From Scenedesmus sp. PABB004 (taxonomy: Eukaryota), in contig JABVCE010000005.1 of NCBI GenBank assembly GCA_014905635.1, forward strand, positions 124,001-188,000: a stretch of DNA of 64,000 bases, written 5' to 3'. Every line of letters starts with the position of its first letter. Position 1 is the first letter of the stretch. Of this stretch, positions 24,796 to 36,900 are shown one piece after another. A program made the translations under genes and the position numbers. Under the pieces are notes generated by a model. The model saw only the letters and a list, made by a program, of their open reading frames with translations. It searched no databases and was not told the DNA's origin.

Positions 24796-25303
24796 GCCGC
24801 GCGCGGCGCGGCGGCACGCCGCCGGGAAGGACGAGGGGCGCGGGGGCCTCACATGGCGGCCGGTGGCGGCGGCGGCCGCCGCACGGCCGTGCGGCGGGGG
24901 CGCACCGGGCGCGCGAGCAGCGGCGGCAGCGGCAGCGGCGCGCGACGCAGCAGCGGCGGGGGGAGCCGGCGCAAAGGCCTGCCACTGGGCGAAGGTGTCG
25001 GGGGTGGGGAAGCGGAACCGGGCGCCAGCGCAAGCCCAGACAGCGGCAGAGCAGCGGACGCGGTTCAACTCAAACGCAGCAGCTCCCTCCACGCAGCTCG
25101 CGCCGCGGCGGCACTGCGCGCTGCCCGCTCATCGCACACCCCCGGCCAGAGACGCCGCACGCCCGCCCCGCCAGCACGCGGGCCGGCAACGCCAACAGCA
25201 GCGCCCGGCGCCGACCCCGCTCCCGCCGCCCGCGCCGCCGCCGCGCCGCCCCCGCGCCCCTGCGCTCGCGCTCGGTGTGGCGGGGCGCGCCGCGTGGGGC
25301 ACC

Positions 25304-26081
25304 ATGCTGGCGCCCAAGGTCATCAAGGACCTCACGCGCGAGCTGCAGCAGCTCGCGACGAGCGCGGAGGTGCAGGCGCTCGGCATCCGCGTCACGCTCA
25401 ACGACGCGGACGTGACCGACATCGCCGTCGAGCTGGACGGCCCGCCGGGCACGCCGTACGAGGGCGGCACGTTCCGCATGCAGCTGGCGCTGCCGCCCGA
25501 CTTCCCGTCGGAGCCGCCAAAGGGCTTCTTCACGACCAAGATCTGGCACCCCAACGTCTCCAAGAGCGGCGAGATCTGCGTCAACGTCCTCAAGCGCGAC
25601 TGGAAGCCCGACCTCGGTGCGCCGCCGGTCGCCCGCGCCGCGCCGCGCCGCGCCGCGCTCAGAGCGGCGGCCGACGCGCGCCGCCGCCGCCCCCCGTGTG
25701 TCCCCCCCCCACACACACGCACACGCACACACGCACACACACACACGCACACGCGCAGGCATCCGGCACGTGCTGCTCGTCATCCGCTGCCTGCTGATCG
25801 AGCCGTACCCCGAGTCGGCGCTGAACGAGGAGGCCGGCAAGGCGCTGCTGGAGGACTATGCGGCCTACGCGGCCCACGCGGCGCTCATGACCAGCCTGCA
25901 CGCCGGCGGCGCGGCCAAGCGCGGCGTGCCGCTCAGCAGCAGCGGCGCGCACAATGCGGGCAGCAGCGGCGCCGGCGGCGGCGGCGAGCCCGGCGGCGAG
26001 GGCTCGCCGGCGGTGAAAAAGGCGCGGCCGGAGGCGCGGCCGGCGCTCAGCAAGGCGCGGAAGAGCCTCAAGCGCTTGTGA
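25304..26081 (+). CDS. UBE2S: Ubiquitin-conjugating enzyme E2 S (UBC22-like, K11 chains)
   Basis: Exons 25304-25616 and 25759-26081. [53 protein letters not shown] and basic tail KARKSLKRL*. Confidence 0.95.
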
Positions 26082-26337
26082 CGCCGCGCGGGCGGCGCGG
26101 CGGGCGAGGGAGCGGACCCGCCGAGAGGGGGGCAGAGAGCGGGCGCGCGGCGGGCGTGAGGCGCGGGGCTCGCTGAGCTGGGGCCCTGCGCTGCGGCGCC
26201 GCGCGGCGCCGGGGACCGGGGTGGCGGCTGCAACACGCCGCGGCTGGGGCGGTCAGCGCGACGCGCGGCGGCCGTGTTACGCGCGCGCCACCGCCCAGCG
26301 AGCTCGAGGCAGCCGCGCCCGCGCGCCACCGCCGCGC

Positions 26338-28334
26338 TCAGGCCCCCGGCACAGCCTTTGGCGGCTCCGCCGCGCCGCCGTCGAGCGCGCCGGCGCGCGC
26401 CGCCGCGCGGTCGGCCGCGATCGCCGCGCGCACGCGCGCCACGCCGCCCGGGCCGAGCTCCGCGCGCACGCTCGGGCAGCAGGCGAGGCCGAGCGGCACC
26501 GCGCGCGTGCAGGTGTCGGTCGCGAGGCCGTTGATGGCGGTGAAAAACTCGGGCGCCTTGTAGTTGCCCGCCGCGCTGCCGCGCGCCATCTTGGCCGCGT
26601 ACTCGGCCGCGCTCTTGGTCAGGTAGTGGTACAGCGCCACGCGCGTGTGGCTCGGCGGGCTCTTGGGCCCCAGCACCTGCGCGTGCGACGCGGCGGCCGC
26701 GGCGGCCGCGGCGGCGGCGGCGGCGGCGGCGTCAGGGCGCGCGCGCGAGCAACGGCGCGCCAGGCGGGCGCCGCGCCGCGCCGCCCGCGCGCCGCGCACC
26801 GGCTGGCGCAGCTCGTTGACGGTCGTCGCGTTGGAGCGCGGCGCGTAGTAGACGCGGTGGGGGTCGTCGCCGACGGTCATGAGGTGCGCGGTGTTGGCGA
26901 TGACCTTGACGTGCGCGTTCTGCTCCTGCCCGGCGGGCAGGCACTGCCGGTAGTTGACCAGCACCCCGCCGCGCGGCCGCGACGCGTGGCCGCTGCTGCC
27001 AAAGACGAGCCAGTTGATGGCCAGCCCCCCGTACGCGTCGTACTCGCGCAGGAAGCCAGGCAGCCGCCCCGCGGGCGACCCGACGCCGCCGCCGCCGCCG
27101 CCGCCGCTCGCGCCGCCGCTGCCGCTCGCGCCGCTGCCGGCGCCGCTACTGCTCCCGGCGCCGCCGCTGGCGCTGCTGCCGGCGCCGGCGCCGGTGTCGT
27201 GGAGCACGATGAACTCGTCGGCGTCGATGAACCCCAGCCAGCGGTGGCGGTGGCGGAAGCGCGTGACGCAGTCGTCGTACGCCCACCACTGGCTGCTCGT
27301 GCGGAAGAGGTCCCGGTAGCGCGGCGTGCCGGTGAAGAAGGCATACTCGACAAACCCGCTCGCGAGGTGGTCCGCGATCGCGCCCGCGAGCGGCACCTGC
27401 GGCGCGGGCCGGTCGCGCGGCGCGGCGCGGCGCGGCGGTCAAACGCCGCCCCCTCCACTTCCGCCCCGCGCGGCCGCGCCCCGCAACGCCGCCCCGCGGC
27501 GCGCCGCCCCGCTGCACCCCCGCCGCGCCGCCCGGGCCCGCGTGCCGTGGAGTTGTTGTCGTAGATGTAGACCTTGCCGACGCCGAGCCAGCGGTGGTAC
27601 TCGAGCCACTCGCGCAGGTCACGCGCCTGGTTCTTGACGATCGCGCACAGCGCGACGTAGCCGTCCGGGAACTGGGCCGGCTGCGTGCGCTCGGGGATCC
27701 GCAGCACGCCGTGCCGCCCGAGCAGCGGGTTGGCGTGCTGCAGCTGCGCGTGGGTGAGGGTGACGTTGAGGTGCGCCGCCTGCTGCATCTGCTCCAGCAG
27801 CGAGATGACCTGCCCCTCCAGCGGCACGTCGTCGAGCAGCGGCAGCCGCAGCCGCAGCTGGTCGGGCGAGTACAGCGGCACGAGCGGCTCGGCCGGCACG
27901 TCGGCGCCCGGCGGCGGCCGCGGGATGGCGGGCAGCGCCGCCGCCGCGTCGGCGCCGGCCGCGAGCACGCGCCGCCGCGCCCGCCGCGCCTGCTGCGCCT
28001 GCTGCTGCTTGCCCGCCTGCTGCTGCTGCAGCTGCTGCTGCTGCTGATGCTGGTCCGCAGCGACGTCGGCGGCGCTGGCTGGCCTCAGCCAGGCGCCTGC
28101 CGACGCCGCCGCGGCCTGCAGCAGCCGCCCCACGCCCGGGCGCAGCGCGTGTGCCCAGTCCGCCTGCTGCTCCTGCTGCTGCTGCTGCTCATTGTGCCGC
28201 GGCGCCGCGCCCGGCGCCGCCGCCGCCGCGGCGCAGCAGAACGCGCAGAGCGCGGCGCACAGCAGCAGCGCCGCCGCGAGGCGGCGCCGCGCCCGCGCGC
28301 CCGCTACGAGGGGCCGCCGCGCCGCTGCTGGCAT
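26338..28334 (-). CDS. Type II membrane glycosyltransferase, GT92/GT2-like (GT-A fold)
   Basis: N-terminal hydrophobic anchor, YVALCAIVKNQARDLREWLEYHRWLGVGKVYIYDNNS, DxD motif WLGFIDADEFI, NWLVFGSSG and LYHYLTKS. Three exons. Confidence 0.85.
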
Positions 28335-28927
28335 GGCATGCTGCGGGCGCCGGGGTCCCGCCAGCGGGCCGGGGCCGCTGCGCGAGGCCTGCCAGGCCTG
28401 CGGCGCCGGCGCGGGCGCGGCGGCGGTGGGCTGCCGCGCCTGCGCAGGGGGCGCCGTGCTGCCCGCTGATGCGCTCTGTGATCAAGGCATGGCGCCGTGA
28501 AAGCGGTGGCCTGCCGCCTCGTCCGGTCAGTGCGCTGTGCGCGCGTCAGGGGCTGCGCGATGTGCGAGCCGCGGCAGCAGCGCTGCAGCGCTGCGCCCGC
28601 GCACCGGGCGGCCCCGCTCAGGAGCAATGGGAGCCTTTAGGGATGGTATTGACGCGCTGAGGGCAGGCGCGAAAGGCGCGCGTGTTTGGCGCTGGCGGGC
28701 GCGCTCGATGGCTCAATGGTCGTGGGAGTGGCGGGTTGCTGGGCTGAGATCGCAGGTCGAGCACCGCGCCCTGAAGCGACGCCAGGGCTCAGCAGCAGCG
28801 GCGCACGCGGCGGCGCAACGCTGCCCCGCCCGCCGCCGCGCGCCGCGCCCAGTCCGCGCTGGGCTGGGCCCGCCGCTGCACCAGCTGGTTCCAGGACTCA
28901 CTCCACGACTCACCACCGCGCCCCGGC

Positions 28928-30099
28928 ATGGTCGCCGGCGAGCGCGGCGCCGCAGCGGCGGCAGCGTGCCTGGCGGCGGCCTCCGTGGCGGCCATAGCCA
29001 TCGCTGCAGCGCCCAGCGCGACCACCTGGCTCCACGGCCTCCTGGCCGCCAGGTGCGCACGGGCGGCGGCGGCACGCGGGGCACGCGGCCGCCCGGGTGG
29101 CACGCTCGAGCGTGGCGCCCGCGCGCCGCCCGCCACAGCCACCGGCACCCGCTGCCCGAGGGCCTGGTCGCCGACGTCGGCGTGGTGCTGGGCTACGCGC
29201 TGCACAGGCGCGCGCCGCGCGCCATGTGGCGCAGGGCGCCCCGCGGCGGCGCCCGCGCGGCGGAGGGCGCGCGGGGGCGGTTGGGGCGGTTGGGGGTGCG
29301 GGGCGTGCCCGCTGTAGCGCGCGCCGACCCGCCGACGCCGCCGCGCCGCCGCCGCAGCAACGGCTCCTGCACGCGGCCGCTGCAGAGCCGCGTGGAGGTG
29401 GGCGTCGCGCTGTGGCGCGCGGGGCGCGCGCGCGTGCTGGTCTTCAGCGGCGCGCACCCCGGCGGCGGCGCGGTGGGCGGCCAGTCGGAGGCCAACGCAA
29501 TGGCCGACTACGCCCGAGCCCTGCTGCCGGAGCCGCCGCCGGACGACAGGCGCGCGCGTGGCGCTCGCGGCCGCCGGGCGCCACCCGCGGCCGCGCCAGC
29601 CGGCCGCCCCGCGCCGCCGCCCTGCGCTCGCAGCTGGCTGCTGGAGGAGGCCTCCACGTCGACGCGCACCAACGCGCTGCGCAGCCTGGAGCTCATCGCC
29701 GCGCGCGCGCAGAGACCGCCGGCGGCGGCGCAGGGGGAGCGGCAGCGGCATGCCGCGCAGCAACCGGCGGCGCAGGCGGGCGGGCAGCAGCCTGGGGAGG
29801 GCCGGCGGGAGCTGCAGGAGCAGCAGCAGCCGGAGCTGGAGCAGCAGCAGCAGCCGGAGCAGGCGCCCGTGCTGAGCGTGGTGCTGGTCACGAGCCCGTT
29901 TCACCAGCTGCGCGCGCTGCTCACGTTCCGGCGTGCCGCGGCGCAGGCGGGCGCGCGCGTCGCGCTCTGCGTCGCGGCCGCGCCGGTCGCCCGGCACGCG
30001 GGGTACGGGCACGCCGCGCTCGACGCGGCGGCAGACCAGCTCGATTTCTGGCGCGAGCTCGCGGCGCTGGCCTGGTACGGCGCGCGCGGCTGGCTGTAG
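28928..30099 (+). CDS. DUF218 (YdcF/ElyC/SanA-like) protein with N-terminal anchor
   Basis: DVGVVLGY, RVEVGVALW, VLVFSG, SEANAM, EEASTSTRTNA, LVTSPFHQLRA and RELAALAWY are the DUF218 motif set. Four exons. Confidence 0.88.
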
Positions 30100-30461
30100 G
30101 CCCTGGCTGTGAGCACGTGAGGCTTCACACGTGAGCTAACACTTGCACGCGCGCCGGTGGGCGCCTCACTGGAACGCCAGAACAGCACGCGCGAGGCAAC
30201 GGCAGCGCTTCGCCCAGCTGCCACACGACTGAGAAACGTTGGCACAACACTCCGCGCAACCCAGTCAGGCCGTCACAAACCGCCGTCACACAATCCGCCC
30301 ACGTGGCGCAGGCCGTGGCCTGCGCCGCTGGCCGGCGGCGCGCACGCGATCAGAGGGCGCCGCCGCCACCGCCGCCAGCCGCTGCCCCTCCCCACGCTGC
30401 TCCACGCCCCCGTACAGAACCAAAACTGCAGCCGCCGGCGCGTTTGGGGGCGCGCCCCGGC

Positions 30462-31384
30462 TCACGCGCTCTCCGAGGGCGCGCCCTCCGCCGGCGCGGG
30501 CGCCGCCGCGGCGTCGGGCGCGGGCGGCGCGTCGCCGGCCGGCGCGGCCGGCGCGGGCGCGGCGGCGGCGGGCGCCGCCTCGCCCGAGCTGTTGCCCGCC
30601 AGCGCGGCCGCGGCGGCCGCGCCCAGCACGGCCACGCCGACGCCGATCGCGAGGCCGCTGGGGCCGCCGGACGGCGCGGGCGCGTCGGGCGCCGACGCGC
30701 GCGCCTGCAGGCCAGCCGCCGGGCGCGCGGGCGCCTCCTCGACCGGCGCCGCGCGCGGCGGCGGCTCCACGACGGCCGGCGCGGAGGGCGCGACCACGAG
30801 CGCGGGCGCCTCCTTGAGCGGCGCGTCGGGCTTCGGCGCCGCCGGCGTCGGCAGCGCGTCGATGAGCGACTCCAGCGCGGCGGTGTCCGAGCCCTGCGGG
30901 CTCTTAAAGCCCTCGGGCAGCACCGCCAGCGCGGGCGAGGCCTGCGGCAGCAGCGTCGGCAGCGGCGGCGCCCCCGCGTCGGCGGCGCCGGCGGCGAGGC
31001 GAGCGGCGCGGCTCGCGCTCGATCCCGGTGTGGCGCACGACGGCCGCCAGGCCGAGCGCCCAGCCAGCGCCGGCGGCGCGAGCCAACCGCTGGACGGCTG
31101 AGCGAGGGGCGATCGGGCGCAGAGCGGCCCGCCGGGCGCGCCCCAGCGGCTGCCGGCCCGGCTCCGGCGCGGCGCGGCCGCCGAGGGCGACCCCGGGGCG
31201 CGCCCCTGCGAGCTCGCGCACGCACCACGACCCAGCTCGCGAGCGCTGCTGCCGCGAGCTGCTCGGGCTTCAGCGCCGAAGCGGCCACGACGAAGCTCCG
31301 ACGAGCGCGCGGGGTGACGCCAGCGCGAGAGGCGCGGCGCGAGACCGCGCCGCGCTGCAGGGAGGCGCGGGAGGCGAGGGCCAT
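30462..31384 (-). CDS. Putative thylakoid membrane protein (bipartite transit peptide, one TM)
   Basis: MALASRASLQRGAVSRRASRAGVTPRARRSFVVAASA (plastid transit) followed by LAAAALASWVV|ASPALA (A-x-A lumenal cleavage). Mature part is Pro/Ala-rich with TM LAIGVGVAVLGAAAAAALA. One inferred intron. Confidence 0.65.
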
Positions 31385-31568
31385 CTTGGTGTGCGAGGGT
31401 GGGCGTGCCGGGGGCCGCTGGCAGTGGGCGGAGGGCGCGGTCTGGTCGCGGCGCGCGCCGGGGCGAGCGGGCGGCGGGTGGGCGCGTTGCACCGCGGGCG
31501 GCGGCGGCGCTGAAGCACGCGCGTGTCGGCCGGCCGCGCGCGACGATGCCGCTCGCTCGGCGGCGCCG

Positions 31569-32369
31569 TCACTGCAGCTCCTTGAGCGTGATGATCTCGT
31601 CCAGCACGTTTTGCAGCGCCGCCGGGTTGTCCGCGAAGCGCGCGTCCTGCGGGCGCGGCGCCGGCGGGGGCTTGCCGCCCGGCGTCGCGCGGCGGGCTGG
31701 CGCCGCCGCGCCGCCGCGCTGGCCCCGCTGTCGCCGCCGTTGCCGCCGGCGCCGCCGTCACGGCACGCGCGCACATTGAGGCTGGGCACGAGCGCCATCG
31801 CGTCCTCGGCCGTCTCGGGCACCAGGTTGGCGAGGAGCGCCATCTCAAACTCGTGGATCGCCGCGCCCTGCACCACCCTGCGCGCGGCGGCGCACGTGGG
31901 CGCCAGCGCGGCGTCGCCGCGGGCGGTGGTGGTCGTACCGGGCCGCACCCCCGCGGCGGCGCAGGGGCCCGCCCCCCTCCCCCCTTCGCGCCGCTCTCAC
32001 TCGCGCACGCGCGCCACGGTGTCGGCGTTGGCCGTGTGCGCCTTTGCCTCAACGCGGTCGAGGTACTCCATGGCCTTGGCCGCGAGCGGCGGCGGGGCCC
32101 AGGTCTTGCTCGCACCCGCCTGCGCGTCCATGAAGCGCAGGAGCACGATCTTGGCCTCCTGGTTGGTCAGCGCGTTGCACGCGCCCAGCGCTGCGGCGCG
32201 GCGGCGGGCAGGAGGCGAGTTGCGTGAGGCGCGCCGCCCGCCGGCGCCCCGGCGCTGCTAGCTGTCGTCGATGCCGCCGCAGCGGCCGCGCCGCCACCGC
32301 CGCACCCTTGAGCTCGCCGGCCGTGAACTCCCCGTCCGGAAAGGCCTTGTTGGCGTGCTCGCCCTCCAT
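31569..32369 (-). CDS. RPB4: RNA polymerase II subunit RPB4-like
   Basis: ALTNQEAKIVL...AMEYL...IHEFEMALLANLVPETAEDAMALVPSL...LQNVLDEI fits the RPB4/HRDC pattern. Four exons. Confidence 0.82.
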
Positions 32370-32800
32370 GGCGCGGAGGGCGCGCCGCGGCGCCCGGGCG
32401 CCGCCGCGGCGCTCGCCGCCGGCCGCCGCCGCCGCTGCTGCTCCCGCCGCCGCTGCTGGGGGCCCGCTGCCCGCGCCGCGCCGGTGTCGGGGGCCCCAAC
32501 AAACAGGTGGCAGCTGCGGCGAGCAAGGGCGCACGGGGCAGGAGAGAGCGCAGCGAGAGAGAGGGCAGGGCAAGCGGCCGCTGCTGCTGCCGGCGGCGCG
32601 CGACGCGTGGCGGCGTGGTCGGGCGCCTGCGACTGGTTCTGCGATTGCATCTGGCGGGGCAGTCGGGCGTCCCACCGGTGATGCCGAATGGCGGGCTTTA
32701 GGCCCGCCCGCTTGGCTCGCGCCCGCTTGCCTGCAAGCCGCGCTCCGGCCCCCCTGACCGGCCCCAGCGGCTGCCGCGTGTGTGGCGACGCGGCACGCGC

Positions 32801-33556
32801 ATGGACGGGCAGCAGCGCCGGGGCGAGCTGCTGGTGGCGGCGGCGCTCGCCGGCACGGCAGCAGCGGGCCTGCTCTGGCGCGCCGCGCAGCCGCAGGTGA
32901 GCTGGTGGGCTGGTGGGGCCAGCCAGGTGCGCACCCGCGATCCCGACCTCACCGTGCCCCTCCCCGTGCAGGCCGCGGCTCGCTGGGCGGGCGGCGCCGC
33001 GCCGCACGAGCGCAGCTTCGAGGCGGCGCTGCGGAGCGCACCGCAGCAGGCGCAGCAGGAGGCGCAGCAGCAGCCGCAGCAGGCGCAGGAGGCACCAGCG
33101 TTCGACTGGGCGCAGAGCGTCGACGAGGTGCTCGTGGAGGCGCAGCTGCCACACGGTACGGCCGCGGAGGACGTGCGCGTCGAGTTTGGCGAGGCCCGCC
33201 TGGCCGTAGTCGTGCGTGGCGCGGCGCTGCTGGACGGCGCGCTGGGCGGCGCGGTGTCGCCGCGGCGCTGCAGCTGGACGCTCGGTGAGCCGGCTCGCGC
33301 GCCCGCACGCAGCGGCGCGCCTCTGGCGCGCGCCGTGCAGCATGGCGGTCTGCGCGAGCGCCGCCGCCGCCGCCACCGCGCAGCGGGCCCGCAGGACCGC
33401 CGCGTGCTGTCGGTGACGCTGACCAAGGCGCGGCAGCCCGACGGGCGCTTCAGCATGTGGGCCGGCCTGCTGCGCGAGGCGCCCGGGCCGGGCGGCGGCG
33501 CCGCCTCTGCAGCAGCGGTCGCGGTCGGTCCCCGGGACGGCGGCCAGGCGCGATGA
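32801..33556 (+). CDS. CS-domain (NudC/p23-like) protein with N-terminal hydrophobic segment
   Basis: FDWAQSVDEVLVEAQLP..TAAEDVRVEF....LAVVVRG..LLDGAL...V....CSWTL...LSVTLTK....W..LL is the CS-domain consensus. Confidence 0.82.
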   Translation: MDGQQRRGELLVAAALAGTAAAGLLWRAAQPQVSWWAGGASQVRTRDPDLTVPLPVQAAARWAGGAAPHERSFEAALRSAPQQAQQEAQQQPQQAQEAPAFDWAQSVDEVLVEAQLPHGTAAEDVRVEFGEARLAVVVRGAALLDGALGGAVSPRRCSWTLGEPARAPARSGAPLARAVQHGGLRERRRRRHRAAGPQDRRVLSVTLTKARQPDGRFSMWAGLLREAPGPGGGAASAAAVAVGPRDGGQAR

Positions 33557-33976
33557 GGGGGGCCGGTGGCAGCCGCGCCGCCGGGACGTGTTCATTTTGA
33601 CCAGCGCTGTCGCCGTGTGATCGAGGGGCGCGCTGTGTGTGGAGAAGTATTGCCGCGCGTGCTGCGACGCACTGCGTGTGTGCTCGACGTGGCGGAAGGC
33701 GACCTGAATCGCGCGCTCCGGCGACCCCGCAAGACCGCCGCGCGCAAACGCGGCGTGACAGCTCGGACGAACGCGAGCAGCCCGCGCTCCCCCGCCCACT
33801 CTGGACACTCACCGCGCGCACGCCCACTCGCGCGATAGCCCTCGCACCCGCCGACGCAGCGTCGTGGCCGATTGTTGAGCGCTGTCGACGCCGCCGCTGC
33901 TGCGCCCGCCGGCGCGCGGCGCAGGCTCGCGAGCTCGCGCCCAGATGCCATCCTGACAGCGCTCCCCGAGGAGAGG

Positions 33977-36900
33977 ATGCGGACGCAGGGCACCTGGCTG
34001 GGCGGCGCGCCGCCCGTGCGCACGGTGCTGCGCGTCAAGGGCGAGCCTGCCGCCGCCGACGCGGGGCGCGGCGCGCGGCTGGCGGCGCTGCGGTGCGTCG
34101 GTACACAGGTTGCATACGCATTTGACGCCGTGCTGGGCCCGGGCGCCCGCCAACGCGATGCATACGAGCTGCTTGCGGCGCCTGCGGTCGCCGAGCTGCT
34201 GCGCGGCGACCCCGGCGGCGACGGCGACGCGGTGTTGCTGGCGTTTGGGGCGCAAGGCAGCGGCAAGTCGCACACGCTCGGCGAGGGCGGCGAGGGCGGC
34301 GGCGGCCTCGCGGTCGCGGCGGCGCAGGCGCTCCTGCGCGGCCTCGCGCCGGTCCCCCGCCGCCGCTGGCGGCTCAGCGTCGGCCACGCGGGGCTCAGCG
34401 CGGGGCACGACGCGCTGCTGCGCGACCTGCTCGAGCCGCCGCCCGCCGCGCTCGAGGCGGCGGTCAGCCTGCGCGACGCCAGCGCGGCGGCGGCGATGCA
34501 GGGCTTGACGCGGTGGGAGCTCGAGGAGCCGGGCGACATTCTCCACGTCTACCGCTTCGCTCGCATGCACGCCGCGCACGCGCACGCCGGCGCGGCACGC
34601 GGCGCGCGCGGCGGCGGCCTGCACACGCTGCTCACGCTGCAGCTGGAGAGCTTCGACGACGCCGGCCGCCTGCAGCGGGCGCGGCAGCTCACGCTCGTGG
34701 AGCTCGCGGCGCCGGAGCCACGGGTGCGCGGTGCGGCGCCAGGCGTGGCTGCGCCCCCGAGCGCGGCGCGCCGCCGGCCGCCGACCGTGCGCGCCGCCCG
34801 CGGCCTGCCGTGCGTGCGCACGCAGGACGCGCTGCGCGGCCGCGCCTCGGCCGACGGGGCCGCCGCGCGCAGCCTGGCGCTCGCGTACGGAGCCCTTGGC
34901 AAGGTGCTGGCCGCCCTGCGCCACGGCGCGCCGGCGCCGGACCGCAGCGCCCACGGGGAGCGCGGCGCCGCGGCGGCGGCGGCGGCCGTCTCGGCGGCCG
35001 CGGCCGCGGCGATGGGCGCGCGGCCGCAGCTGCACCACGTCCCCTGGCGCGACAGCCCGCTCACGCGGTTGCTCCAGGAGGCGCTGCGCGACGCAGGCAG
35101 CATCACGCTGCTGGGCACCGTGTCGGCGGCGTGCGAGGCGCGGCCGCGCGGCGGCGCCGGGGCGCCGGCAAGGCGCGGCGCAGCAGGGGGCGCGCGAGCG
35201 CCCTCACACGCCCCGCCGCCCATGCCGCGGCCGCAGGCGGCCGCCGACACGCTGGCCACCATCAGCTGGGTCAGCCGCTTCTCCAGCGCGCCGTGCGCCC
35301 CCGACGGCGGCGGCGTGCTGGTCAGCTTTGCGTGGCGCGCGGTGGCTCACCCAGACGCCCCCGGCGGGTGAGGGCGCTGCGCTGCGCTGCGCGGCGCTGC
35401 GCCGCCTGCGCCGCCTGCGAGCTGGGTGCCGCGCTGCCGCCGGCCCAGGTACCTCCGCTTCCGGCCTGAGGAGGCAGTGGTGGGCCCGGCGGCGCCGAGC
35501 AGCCCGCGGCGGCGGGGCCGGCGGTGCGGCCAGCAGCATGAGCCGGAGCCCGGCGACTGGCCGTGGCCGGCCGATGAGCCGCGCTCGCCTGCGGGGCCGG
35601 GGAGGCCTGACTCGGCGGCGTCAGAGTTGGCGGCTGCGCCGCCGGCGCGGGGCTGCCAGCCGCCTGCGCCCGGGCCGGCTCGGTCGCCCGACAGCGCGCC
35701 CACGGCTGACTGGCACCAGCAGCAGCCTGGCGACGCTGACGCAGGCGAGCCGTCGGCCAACAAGCAGGCGCTGGGCGCGGAGCGGCAGCAGCAGCAGCAC
35801 GCGCCTGACCCCGACGCACAGGAGGGCGAGGCAGCGGCGTTCGGCGAGCTGCTGGGCGCGCTTCGCCGCGGCGGCGCCGCCAACCTGCGCGCCGAGGCGC
35901 TGCTGGAGCGGCTGCTGCAGGAGCTCGGTGCCGCGCGCGCGGCGCTGAGCACCGAGCGCGGTGAGGCCCGCGCGCTGCGTGCCACCCTGGCGGCTCTGGC
36001 TGCGGAGCACGCGGCCGCCGAGGCGGCCGGGCGCACGGCGCAGAGCGAGCTGCAGGATGCGCGCCAGCAGCTGGCCGCCGAGCGCCGTGCCCTGTCCGAG
36101 GCGGAGGGCGACCGTGACATGTTCCTGCGGCGCCTCAGGCAACTCGAGGCGGCGGAGCGCGGCAGCGAGGCCGGCGGCGGCGGGGCGGCGCCGCGCGCGG
36201 AGCTCGCCGCGCTCGCCGGCGCCAACGCGCAGCTGCGCGCGCAGCTGCAGGCGGCGAGCCAAGACCTGTCGCGCGCGAGCGAGGAGGCCGCGGGCGCCGC
36301 AGCTGCGGCGGGCGACGCAGCCGAGCGGCTGAGACACGAGGTCGAAGTGCTGCGGGGCGCGGCAGAGGTGGACTCCGCGCTGCGACAGGAGCTGGAGGAC
36401 GCAGTGGCAGAGGTGCGGCGCGCGCGCGGGCTGACCAGTGACGACGGACCCGCGCCGGCTGCAGCTGCCGCTGCTCACGCCGCCGCCGCCGCCGCCGCCG
36501 CCGGCTCCTGCTGCAGCTGCACCTCGCGCACGAGCGCGCGACGGGGCAGCTGACCTCTGAGCGCGCCGCCAACGCGGCGCTGGCTGCGCAGCACGCGGGG
36601 GCGCAGCGCGCGCTGGATGCGTCGGCTGCAGAGTCGCGGCAGGCCAGCGACCGGGCCGAGGCGGCCGAGGCGCAGCTGGCGCGCGTGCAGCAGCAGCATG
36701 CGGCCGCGCAGCAGCAGCTGTCCGCCCTGCACGCGCAGGTCAGCGCGCTGGAGGAGGCGACCGCACAGCACGCGCGCGCCGGCGCTGACAGCGGCAGCCA
36801 GGCGGGGGCGCAGGCGCGCCTGGAGGCCGAGCTGGGCCAGGCGCTGGCCGACTTTGAGGCTGGGCTGGATGCTGCGCTGCCTGCGCAGTGGCGCGCGCTG

